IMG/VR virus record: IMGVR_UViG_3300033068_001577
Length of the DNA stretch: 20,000 nt
Direction: 5' to 3' (one strand)
Source: an uncultured virus (IMG/VR IMGVR_UViG_3300033068_001577)
Taxonomy: Duplodnaviria > Heunggongvirae > Uroviricota > Caudoviricetes
In this document: piece after piece, positions 1 to 7,608 of the stretch
Position numbering within the stretch: the first letter of the stretch is position 1
Layout of the letters: each line of letters starts with the position of its first letter
Made by a program: the position numbers and the translations under genes
The notes under the pieces: generated by a model
The model's input: only the letters and a program-made list of their open reading frames with translations
Told to the model about the DNA's origin: nothing
Databases searched by the model: none

Positions 1-431
1 GCCTCGGTCATCCGGGCTTCGCGCTCGGACTTGAGCGAGTTGGTGAGGGCCGTGGTGCTGGTGCCGAGCGTGGCGCGCAGCTGTTCGGCCTCGCGCTGCA
101 CGGCTGTCGCGTGTTCGATGGCGGCGTCACGTTCGCGTTCGGCCGCCTCGCGCGCCCGGCGCTCGGTGTGCGTCTCGAACTTCAGCCGATCGATGCGCTT
201 CTGGACGTTCTTGCTGACGCCGCGCAGGTCGTCTTCCTGGTCGGCAAGCGAGCGGTCCAGCGTCGTCGGCTGGCCGCGATCGTCGTCGGGCGTGTCGTCG
301 ACGATCTCGTAGTCTTCGTCGGGCTTGTCGAGATCGACCATGACGCGTTCGGGCAGGTCATCGGCGCTGCGCGGCAGCTCCTGCATGTAGCGCTTGTCGC
401 GGCCGGCGGGGGCAAAGGAGGGGCGCGCCAT
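1..431 (-). CDS. putative capsid scaffolding protein (partial; runs off the left end)
   Basis: Not in the ORF track; translated by hand. The ATG at 431-429 overlaps the groES stop (TGATG). MARPSFAPAGRDKRYMQELP...YEIVDDTPDDDRG...SKNVQKRIDRLKFETHTERRAREAAERERDAA is open to position 1. An acidic N-terminus followed by coiled coil, downstream of portal/GroES, fits a scaffold. Confidence 0.65.
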   Translation of the reverse strand, partial: MARPSFAPAGRDKRYMQELPRSADDLPERVMVDLDKPDEDYEIVDDTPDDDRGQPTTLDRSLADQEDDLRGVSKNVQKRIDRLKFETHTERRAREAAERERDAAIEHATAVQREAEQLRATLGTSTTALTNSLKSEREARMTE

Positions 432-859
432 CAGAGGCCCGCCACTTCTGCGCCGCTCGGCACGACGCCGACGATATTGTCGTCGGTCAGCATCCGATAC
501 TCGACCATCTCGCCGCTGACCTTGTCGGTCGAACGGAAGCGCATGCCGGAATAGCGCGAGAACAGCACGGTGTCGCCCACCTTGCACCACGGGCCGCCCG
601 AGAACTTGCGGGCGTCCTTATAGCATTCGTCGCCCTGCGCCAGGACCACGCCGACCACAGTGGCCGCGCGCTCGCGCTCATTGACCGCCGCCGGGATGTA
701 GATGCCGGACGCCGTGGTTTCGGCGAAAGTCGGGAGGGCGATGAGCATGTGGTAGCCGACGGGGTCGGGCAGTATCACCAGTTCGGTGTCGCTGCGGTCT
801 TCCGCGGCCGGTGCAGGCGCTTTGAAGCTGAACGGCTTCGTCGCCAGATTTTTAGTCAC
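431..859 (-). CDS. groES: GroES/Cpn10-like co-chaperonin (142 aa from GTG)
   Basis: Cpn10 motifs: PVGYHMLI, mobile loop TASGIYIP, GVVLAQG, CKVGDTVLFSRYSG and YRMLTDDNIVGVV. Start moved to GTG at 859, which follows an AGGAG RBS. Confidence 0.88.
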   Translation of the reverse strand: MTKNLATKPFSFKAPAPAAEDRSDTELVILPDPVGYHMLIALPTFAETTASGIYIPAAVNERERAATVVGVVLAQGDECYKDARKFSGGPWCKVGDTVLFSRYSGMRFRSTDKVSGEMVEYRMLTDDNIVGVVPSGAEVAGL

Positions 860-1052
860 TATCGTCTCCTTGCTGCTGGATTTCAACGATGCGCTCCTCG
901 ACGAGGAGCAGGACGCGGTGCCGCTCGGCGGCTTTGGCGAACATCATGCCGGCGCGAGCGGGCTCGACATCGGCGGCCGGGCCCCCGAGCAGCGCCTCGG
1001 CGGCGCTGGCTTTCTCTTCCCGGACCCAATGCAACAGCGTGGCGTAGGCCAT
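852..1052 (-). CDS. small hypothetical phage protein (66 aa)
   Basis: ATG with an upstream GGAG; the stop overlaps the groES start region; predicted helical. Confidence 0.7.
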   Translation of the reverse strand: MAYATLLHWVREEKASAAEALLGGPAADVEPARAGMMFAKAAERHRVLLLVEERIVEIQQQGDDSD

Positions 1053-1076
1053 CTCAGTTTGTGCTCCAGGCCATTC

Positions 1077-1571
1077 TTACGCCGCCAACAACAGCAGCGT
1101 ATCTTCTTCGTCGTTTGCGCGCAAATCCGCGTTGACTGTCTCGCGGCGGCCTATCGCTCCTGTTACGTCGGCGGCGTTCGGCAGCAGGACATTCATTTCG
1201 TGGCTGCGAGTTTCAACATACCTACGAATACCGGCGCGGTCGGAGGCAGTGACGGGGGTCATCCAGCTGATGCCTACTTCTAGGAAAGCCGCGTCGACCA
1301 GATCGTCGAGATTCTCTTGGGTCCATTGGCGCGCTTTACGCTGCGCACGATAGGCGTCGTCTTCCCACCAGCGTCGACCCCAGGAGCCGTTACCGCCACT
1401 GGAACCTGCGCGTCCCGTTTCCGTCGCTTGCGCAAAGGTGAGCGCGCCGGCCGCTGCGCCCGCGCCGGTAAGCGACGCGGACATGGCCCCAGGGTTCTGT
1501 TCGCCACCTTCGAAATAGCCGGGCGGAAAATAGCCGGGCGGGAAATAGCCATCGTTGAAATAGTCTGCCAT
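1077..1571 (-). CDS. hypothetical protein with YFPPG repeats and an acidic/hydrophobic C-terminus (DEEDTLLLLAA)
   Basis: The ATG at 1571 overlaps the upstream TGA. N-terminus YFNDGYFPPGYFPPGYF, then a Gly/Ala linker. Confidence 0.75.
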   Translation of the reverse strand: MADYFNDGYFPPGYFPPGYFEGGEQNPGAMSASLTGAGAAAGALTFAQATETGRAGSSGGNGSWGRRWWEDDAYRAQRKARQWTQENLDDLVDAAFLEVGISWMTPVTASDRAGIRRYVETRSHEMNVLLPNAADVTGAIGRRETVNADLRANDEEDTLLLLAA

Positions 1572-2371
1572 CAATCCGTATCCAGCGTAATTGCCGTGCG
1601 GTTGCCGTTGGAGTCCACGGTTGCAATGATGCGGTCGGTATCTCCCACCAGCGCATTCTGGAAAGTGATGGTTGTCGTCTCGGCCCCTGACACTGTACCT
1701 GCCGTCGCAGCCGCGATGACGCGCAGCGCCTGCCGCAGCGTCAGTCCGGTCTCGACGCCATCGGTTGCGTCGAGGATGGTATCGGCCACGTTAGCCGTGG
1801 TCAGCGCATCGCCGGTAACTGATATGCTCGCGGCCAGTGTACCCAAAGCGGTGGACAAGGCAACGAGGTCGCCGGTCCCTTGCACAGCCGCGACGGCGCG
1901 ACCGAGCGCGCTAAGCGCGCCCGCGATAGCGCCCTGCCCGGCCAATGCCGCGGCGAGCTGCAAGAACGCCTTGGCTTCGGCGCTACTGATAGTTCCGGCG
2001 CCGGCCAGCGCAGCGACCATCGAGATGATCAGCTGCCCGATCCCTGACAAGGCGCCAGTGCCCGCGAGGGTTGCGTCGCCGTTGACCCCCGCGGCCATGC
2101 TCACGACGGCCTCCCCGGCGCCGAATATCTGGTTCCGGGCCCCGAGTGCGCCGGGCGACTTTGGCATCACCCACGAGGCTTCATCCCGGTAGCCGTCCGG
2201 GATGCCTGCAAGATCGGTGGTGATTCCCGTCCCGGCGGTCATGTTGCGGCTGGTGGATGTAAACCAGAAATTCGCCATCAGCGCGGATGGATATGCGCTA
2301 TTGCTGACCGTGGGCCCGTAGATGCGGACGCCTGTCGAGAAATCCCGGTAGCCGTTCTGCATCAAGGCCAC
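1571..2371 (-). CDS. Ala/Gly/Thr-rich putative virion structural protein (266 aa)
   Basis: Repetitive small-residue core (LAGTG/LAGAG/LAGQG/VQGTG) and C-terminal GLTLRQALRVIAAATAG...RIIATVDSNGNRTAITLD; coupled to neighbouring genes. Confidence 0.7.
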   Translation of the reverse strand: MALMQNGYRDFSTGVRIYGPTVSNSAYPSALMANFWFTSTSRNMTAGTGITTDLAGIPDGYRDEASWVMPKSPGALGARNQIFGAGEAVVSMAAGVNGDATLAGTGALSGIGQLIISMVAALAGAGTISSAEAKAFLQLAAALAGQGAIAGALSALGRAVAAVQGTGDLVALSTALGTLAASISVTGDALTTANVADTILDATDGVETGLTLRQALRVIAAATAGTVSGAETTTITFQNALVGDTDRIIATVDSNGNRTAITLDTD

Positions 2372-2377
2372 GGCGGA

Positions 2378-3262
2378 TCAGCCCCCATACCCGTAGTCGA
2401 AGTCGACCATGATCGTGCCCGCCGACGTCGTTGCGCCAGTCTGGAACAGCAGGAACTGCAGGTTGGCGCCGTCTACGATCTGTGGCAGCGACGGGAAGGC
2501 ATTGAGGAAATCCACTTTGGTGTAAAGGCCCGTGGCGGGCACCGGGATTGTCCAGAGCGGTTTGCACAACCCGATAATGACGGTGCCCGATGCGTGCGCC
2601 GTGCCGGCCCAGACGAGACTGACGATGTCGCTCACGCCGGTGTCGGCTGCTGCCAGCGGCAGGAACGGGTTATATTTATTCGCGGCCGTACCCGAGTTGA
2701 GCAACTGCCCGACACCGAGCGAAGCGGTGGACGTAAACGTGGTCGTCGCGTTGGCGCCGCCTGCGGTGTTCAAATAGTTGACGATGCAAGTCGGGGCGTT
2801 GGCGCCGAGCGCCGTGTCGGCGGCCACAAACAGCCGCAGGCCCGTTCCCGACGGGTAGCGTGCGCCGCTGCCGATGGCAGTCATGGTGACGGTCTTGGTG
2901 CCGGTCGTGCTGACGTTGGTTCCCGACAGCGGCACGTAACCGACGAGGTCGATCGCCATCAGATACCAGGGGGCGCCCGCTGCGGCGACGCACGCCGCGC
3001 CCGCGCCGAGAAAATGCTTGGTCGCGGGGGAGACGTTACCCCCTGTATAGGGAGCGCCTTCCGACCAAGTGTTGTCGGTGTCCACCCATGTCAGATCCGT
3101 GCCGGCAAAAGTTGCAGCCGGTGGTGTACCGGGGTGCCCGGACAATAGCGTCCAGTGCCCTGCGGTTCCTGCCGACGAAAGCGTCTTGTTGTAAAAAGTA
3201 TTCCCGTACTTGCCGTTGTTAGTGATCTGGTTGATGAGATCGTCTTGACTTGTCCAGCCCAT
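2378..3262 (-). CDS. Thr/Gly/Ala-rich putative virion protein, paralog B (294 aa, MGWTSQDD...)
   Basis: ATG at 3262, 4 nt after the upstream stop, is preferred to the track start at 3337. Beta-rich composition; aligns by eye with 3267..4163. Confidence 0.75.
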   Translation of the reverse strand: MGWTSQDDLINQITNNGKYGNTFYNKTLSSAGTAGHWTLLSGHPGTPPAATFAGTDLTWVDTDNTWSEGAPYTGGNVSPATKHFLGAGAACVAAAGAPWYLMAIDLVGYVPLSGTNVSTTGTKTVTMTAIGSGARYPSGTGLRLFVAADTALGANAPTCIVNYLNTAGGANATTTFTSTASLGVGQLLNSGTAANKYNPFLPLAAADTGVSDIVSLVWAGTAHASGTVIIGLCKPLWTIPVPATGLYTKVDFLNAFPSLPQIVDGANLQFLLFQTGATTSAGTIMVDFDYGYGG

Positions 3263-3266
3263 TGCG

Positions 3267-4163
3267 TCAGTTCCACGTTGTTTCGAGAATGCCAGACAAT
3301 ACGCTAGACGCGAGTGACCCCGCATACCCGGCAGCAAACAGCCCGAGTACGGCGCCGTCGATGATCCTTGGCGGGCGCGTATGGATCATCGAGGCGAACT
3401 CGTCGCAAGCCCCGTAACTTTCCAGATTGCCTGTGGTCGTGCGCCGCGACCCCTGCGTCGTGTACGCGGTCAGCAGGGGCGCGACAATGACGAGCGCCAT
3501 CAGGCCGCCCCCGGCAACCGAGAACGATACCGACTCGATGCTCTGCACACCGGTGTCCCCCGCCTGCAGGTGACAGAACGGGTGGAAAGACGCGACAGAG
3601 CCGACGCTGGTCGCGACAACCTGGCCCCCGCCAGTGGCGGCACGCGTGAAATGGTTCTGCGACACGCGCCCGGCAACGCCCTGGTCGTTGGTGTAGATAA
3701 ACGTGAACTGGCCATTGGACGCAGCAGGGGATTGCGAGACCGCGATCACCTGGCCGCCGCTATAGCGCGGAAGACTGACTGCCTGCACCATATCCTGCTG
3801 TTCGCCCACCGCGTCGGTGTCGATAAACGGGTAGTACAGGAGCAGGTCAGCGAGAACGAACTGCTGCCGGTCGTTGGTGGTGCCGGTCGCCGAGGCGGCG
3901 GCGCTCATGAATTTCAGATTACGCAGGTGCTGCGTGGCCGGCGCGACGGTCGGAACGTAGAACCCTCGGGCGGCGTCGACAAAAGCCGCCTCGAGCGGCG
4001 TGGAGGCGTAGAAGTTTGCCGGGGGCGAGCCCGAATAATAGCTGTAGTCCGTCCATGCGCTGGTGGTGGTTGCAACGCCGGACGCAGCCTTGCGGAACCC
4101 GGTGATCCACGATTGCCCCTGGTCTTCCGCTTTTGGCCATTGTCCGATATTGGCAAAGCCCAT
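3267..4163 (-). CDS. putative virion protein, paralog A (298 aa, MGFANIGQW...)
   Basis: TGATG-coupled start; shares ordered motifs with 2378..3262. Confidence 0.75.
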   Translation of the reverse strand: MGFANIGQWPKAEDQGQSWITGFRKAASGVATTTSAWTDYSYYSGSPPANFYASTPLEAAFVDAARGFYVPTVAPATQHLRNLKFMSAAASATGTTNDRQQFVLADLLLYYPFIDTDAVGEQQDMVQAVSLPRYSGGQVIAVSQSPAASNGQFTFIYTNDQGVAGRVSQNHFTRAATGGGQVVATSVGSVASFHPFCHLQAGDTGVQSIESVSFSVAGGGLMALVIVAPLLTAYTTQGSRRTTTGNLESYGACDEFASMIHTRPPRIIDGAVLGLFAAGYAGSLASSVLSGILETTWN

Positions 4164-4315
4164 CACTTACCCCGCGTCACAGCCGATTCGCCTGTGGCTG
4201 TGGCTGTCAGATGTGCAAGGACAGGCGCGTCCGTGCAGCTGCATTTGCGCACAAACCCGCCGTTGTTGGTCCGCTCGACATCCACGCCGCAGATCTTGCA
4301 GGTGTACCGGGTCAT
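4163..4315 (-). CDS. 50-aa Cys-rich microprotein (CKIC...CSC), possibly Zn-binding
   Basis: MTRYTCKICGVDVERTNNGGFVRKCSCTDAPVLAHLTATATGESAVTRGK. It has an ATGA overlap with the upstream stop and a TGATG overlap with the downstream start, exactly filling the gap. Confidence 0.75.
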   Translation of the reverse strand: MTRYTCKICGVDVERTNNGGFVRKCSCTDAPVLAHLTATATGESAVTRGK

Positions 4316-4746
4316 GTTTCGGTCACATCGAGCGCGCCGGCGGCAAACTGCGGCTGGATGCCGTTGGCCACAGCCAAGGAGCTCGACAGTGCTCCGGCGT
4401 AAAGCACCGTTCCCGCGCCGCTCGATGCCGTGCCGATCGCGACGTGCGTGATGGTGGCGCCGGTGACGCCGCACTGAGCGAATTGCGCCAGCGCCGCGTT
4501 GGCCGTCGCCCCGCCCGATGGTACATCCCACCCCGATGTGGTCCGCACGACCGCGATCCGCACATAGTTCGTGTAGGACGTTTCGTTCGTGGTCTGGTTG
4601 TTGCCGACGCCAGGGTCCGCCGTGTGCAGCGACAGATAGAGATTCGACAGCGGTGAGGACGTGTCGTTCTCGGCTATATCCGCCCAAGCCGTGGCGTTGA
4701 AAATCAACGCCAGGATCGAGTTGCAGGTTGCGGTGGACTTGGGCAT
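4312..4746 (-). CDS. putative virion structural/fiber-associated protein (144 aa)
   Basis: LYLSLHTADPG...ETSYTNYVR...TITHVAIG...G.VLYAGAL...PQFAAGALDV pattern, recurrent in phage structural proteins; starts 3 nt after the portal stop. Confidence 0.75.
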   Translation of the reverse strand: MPKSTATCNSILALIFNATAWADIAENDTSSPLSNLYLSLHTADPGVGNNQTTNETSYTNYVRIAVVRTTSGWDVPSGGATANAALAQFAQCGVTGATITHVAIGTASSGAGTVLYAGALSSSLAVANGIQPQFAAGALDVTET

Positions 4747-4749
4747 AGG

Positions 4750-7608
4750 TCAGCCTTTCCGAATGGTCGTTGTGGACTTGGCCGCAAGGCCCTTTCCATC
4801 CCGAATTATCACAGTTTCCTTGGGCGCGGCTATGATCTCGGCAAGCCGCTGGTTCTGGTCCCCGAGAATGGCGAGCCCTTCCATTATCTTGTCCGTCTTG
4901 TCGTCCTTGGCCGGTGCTGCTGCGGCTGCGGCGGCTGTTTCAGCGGCGTGCTGTTTGGCCAGCAGGTCCAGCTCCTTCATGCGCAGGTCGATCAACTTTA
5001 TGCTGCGGTCGACTTCGCGCACGGCCGCGTCGCTCGCTGCCTTGGCCTCCGCAAGATCGGCGGCATGCTTGGCCTCGCGGTCTCTCCCCGCCTGTTCGAG
5101 CAGCGCCACCTGCGTGTTCACATACGCCTTGTGATCGGCCGTCTTCTGTTCCGTGTCCGCGTGTGCACGAATACGTTCCAGTTCCGCTGCGGCCTGAGCC
5201 TTGTCGGCGCGAACCTCGGCCTCGATTTCGGCGAGTTTGGCAAGGCCCTGTGCGTTGATCTGGTCGCGCCTGATCTGCAACTCTTCGCGCCGAAGACGAA
5301 GGTCCTCCTCCTGGGCGGATTTCTTGAGGTCCGTGTTGACGCGAAGCTCTTGCTTGCGCAGATCCAGGTCTTCGAGCGCCTTCATCCGCGCGGTATCGGC
5401 TTCCTGCGCCTTGATGCGCAGCGACTCGCGCTCGTTCTGGATGATCGGGTCTTCGAGCTGCTCCTTGATCTTTTGCTGCTGCGCCTCGGCTGTGTTCTTG
5501 TCGAGCAGCTTTCCCGCCGCCGCGGCGGCCAGCCGGCTGAGCTCGTATTCGATGTCTTCGGGCAGGGGCTCGCCGGGCGGCGGCAGCGGCACGCCCAGCT
5601 GCTCCTCGATCTCCTGCCGATACTGGAACGCCAGGTGTTCAAGGATATGGGCGTTGGCTGCCGACATGATCGCCGGGGCCTGCGGGTTGTTGGTCAGCAT
5701 CTGCACGATCTTGGGGTCTTCGGCCGCCGCCATATGGACGGTGATGTGCGCGGCGTGATCCTGCATGATGCCGGCGCGCACGGGCTTGCCGGTGAGGATG
5801 TCCATGTTCTCGGTGACCGGGTCGCGCGGCAGCACATCCTCGTCGGGCGGGATATAGTAGTCGGCCTTTTCGGAGCCGAGCACCGTAATCATGTCGCGGT
5901 GGACGTTTTTCAGGTTGTAGATATTGGGCGCGGTCTGCGTCAGCTGGATGATCGACTGCATGACCATGATGCGCTGCGCCATGGTCGCGGCATTCGGGTC
6001 GGCCACCGGGATGACGTCGACGGCATCCGAATAGTCCTGTTCGCGCGTCGCCTGGGCGTCGCGGCTGTCGAGCTCGAACGGGTAGGGCACCGTGCCCATG
6101 AAATCCTTGATGATCTCGGCAAGGATGCGGAACTCGTTCTTGAAGCTCTCGTAGAGACGCTTCTGCACCGCGCTCATCACCTTCATCGAGCGTTCGATGA
6201 TGGCGAGCGTGGTGCCGACCGGCATGTTCTGGCCGGTCATGTCGGTGATCTTCATGTCGGCAACCGAGCCGAGGCGCCGCCCCTCGTCGACGATCTGGCC
6301 GAGCAGCGCCGCGAGCACGGTGCTCGGCTCGCCATAGGGCAGCGGGAAGAAGCTCTCCTTGAGCGTTCCCATGCCGACATCGACATCGCGCCATTCGCCC
6401 GGGCCGATCGGGGAGGAGTCGTCCTTGACCCGCGCCTGCTTGGTCTTGTAGCCGGCCGGAAGGTTGGCGAGCGTGCCGGCATCGACCAGTTGGCGGAGGA
6501 TCGAGGTCGCGCTCTCGGTCAGGCCGCCAAGGATATTGATGAGGCCGATGCCGTAGGGCCCGAAGCCGGGCATGTATTTGTGCTGGACCAGCGTGCGCTG
6601 GCGTTCCATGGCCTTGTCGCCTTCGCGCCAGTTGCGGCGGATGCCGAGGACCTTGCGGCTGATGCTGTCGACAGTGATGATGTAGGGGTGCTGACCGTCG
6701 TCGGCGACCGTCGGGTCCTTGCCGTCGAACGACCAGTCGGTGTGGCATTCATAGAGCCGGTGCAGGCGGTCGTCGGGGGTGTTGCCGTTCTGCTTACCCT
6801 CGATCTTGTCCTTTTCTTCGGTGATCTCGGTGTGGCGCACCGTGCCTTCGCCGACCTCGACATCGCGATAGAAGCCGCTGCGGATCTGCGCCTCGATCCA
6901 GTTGCGCGTCTTAGGCAGGATCACTGTGAAGCGCGGCGTCGAATCGAGGCTCGCCGCGGTATAGGGCATGACGAGATGCTCGGGCAGCACGTATTCGGCC
7001 GCCGGGAACCCGCGCCGTTCGTCGAACCGCCACTTACGGAAGGTCGTCCCCGCCATCGGCAGGTTGAACAGCATCATGTCGGTTTCTTCACGGTAGCCCG
7101 TGATCTTCTCGCCGAGCTGCCAGTTCATGTCGTGGCGGATGCGCCCCGACTGCCGTTCCTTCTCGTCGGTGATGCGCCCGACGATCTCGGTCTTGACCGG
7201 CCCGCCGGCCGGGAAGATGTCGCTCATGGCCTGGGCGTTGAAGCGGATGACGCTCTCAAGCAGCAGCGGATGGAATGCGCCGCAGGCGCCCTCCCACGGC
7301 TCGGTGCGCTCCTCGTACTTGAGGCCGAGGAGGTTCAGCCCGCGCGCATAGGTCCTGCGCCACTCGGCTCGGCTGCGCTCGTCGTCCTCGACCAGCATGT
7401 AGATTTCGCCGCCGAGGCGATCGAGCTCCTGGTCGGTGAACAGGGCGGTGAGATTGTCGGCAAAACCGAGGTCCGAGACGGGTGCTTCGGGTCGCGGGTC
7501 GAAATCGACCACGGCGCCGCCGTCTTCGGTCTGGGTGATGGCGGGTCCGGCAGCGAAATCGGGGTCGGCCATTTCGATCCCGAAACCCTTCGTCGCGGCG
7601 TCAACCAT
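4750..7608 (-). CDS. portal protein with a long C-terminal coiled-coil extension (952 aa)
   Basis: Directly downstream of TerL (TGATG overlap). Motifs EDDERSRAEW, PWEGACG.FHPLLLE, PAGGPVKT, PGFGPYGIGL, RQLVDAGTLANLPAG and PVGTTLA resemble portals of P22-like/environmental podoviruses. Confidence 0.88.
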   Translation of the reverse strand: MVDAATKGFGIEMADPDFAAGPAITQTEDGGAVVDFDPRPEAPVSDLGFADNLTALFTDQELDRLGGEIYMLVEDDERSRAEWRRTYARGLNLLGLKYEERTEPWEGACGAFHPLLLESVIRFNAQAMSDIFPAGGPVKTEIVGRITDEKERQSGRIRHDMNWQLGEKITGYREETDMMLFNLPMAGTTFRKWRFDERRGFPAAEYVLPEHLVMPYTAASLDSTPRFTVILPKTRNWIEAQIRSGFYRDVEVGEGTVRHTEITEEKDKIEGKQNGNTPDDRLHRLYECHTDWSFDGKDPTVADDGQHPYIITVDSISRKVLGIRRNWREGDKAMERQRTLVQHKYMPGFGPYGIGLINILGGLTESATSILRQLVDAGTLANLPAGYKTKQARVKDDSSPIGPGEWRDVDVGMGTLKESFFPLPYGEPSTVLAALLGQIVDEGRRLGSVADMKITDMTGQNMPVGTTLAIIERSMKVMSAVQKRLYESFKNEFRILAEIIKDFMGTVPYPFELDSRDAQATREQDYSDAVDVIPVADPNAATMAQRIMVMQSIIQLTQTAPNIYNLKNVHRDMITVLGSEKADYYIPPDEDVLPRDPVTENMDILTGKPVRAGIMQDHAAHITVHMAAAEDPKIVQMLTNNPQAPAIMSAANAHILEHLAFQYRQEIEEQLGVPLPPPGEPLPEDIEYELSRLAAAAAGKLLDKNTAEAQQQKIKEQLEDPIIQNERESLRIKAQEADTARMKALEDLDLRKQELRVNTDLKKSAQEEDLRLRREELQIRRDQINAQGLAKLAEIEAEVRADKAQAAAELERIRAHADTEQKTADHKAYVNTQVALLEQAGRDREAKHAADLAEAKAASDAAVREVDRSIKLIDLRMKELDLLAKQHAAETAAAAAAAPAKDDKTDKIMEGLAILGDQNQRLAEIIAAPKETVIIRDGKGLAAKSTTTIRKG

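Noticed and set aside
4163..4687. 174-aa ORF in the track; also extended starts for 431..886, 2378..3337, 10230..10538, 10856..11278, 17439..17975 and 18499..19119
   Set aside because: The extensions overlap better-supported genes; internal starts with an RBS or stop-start coupling were used instead.
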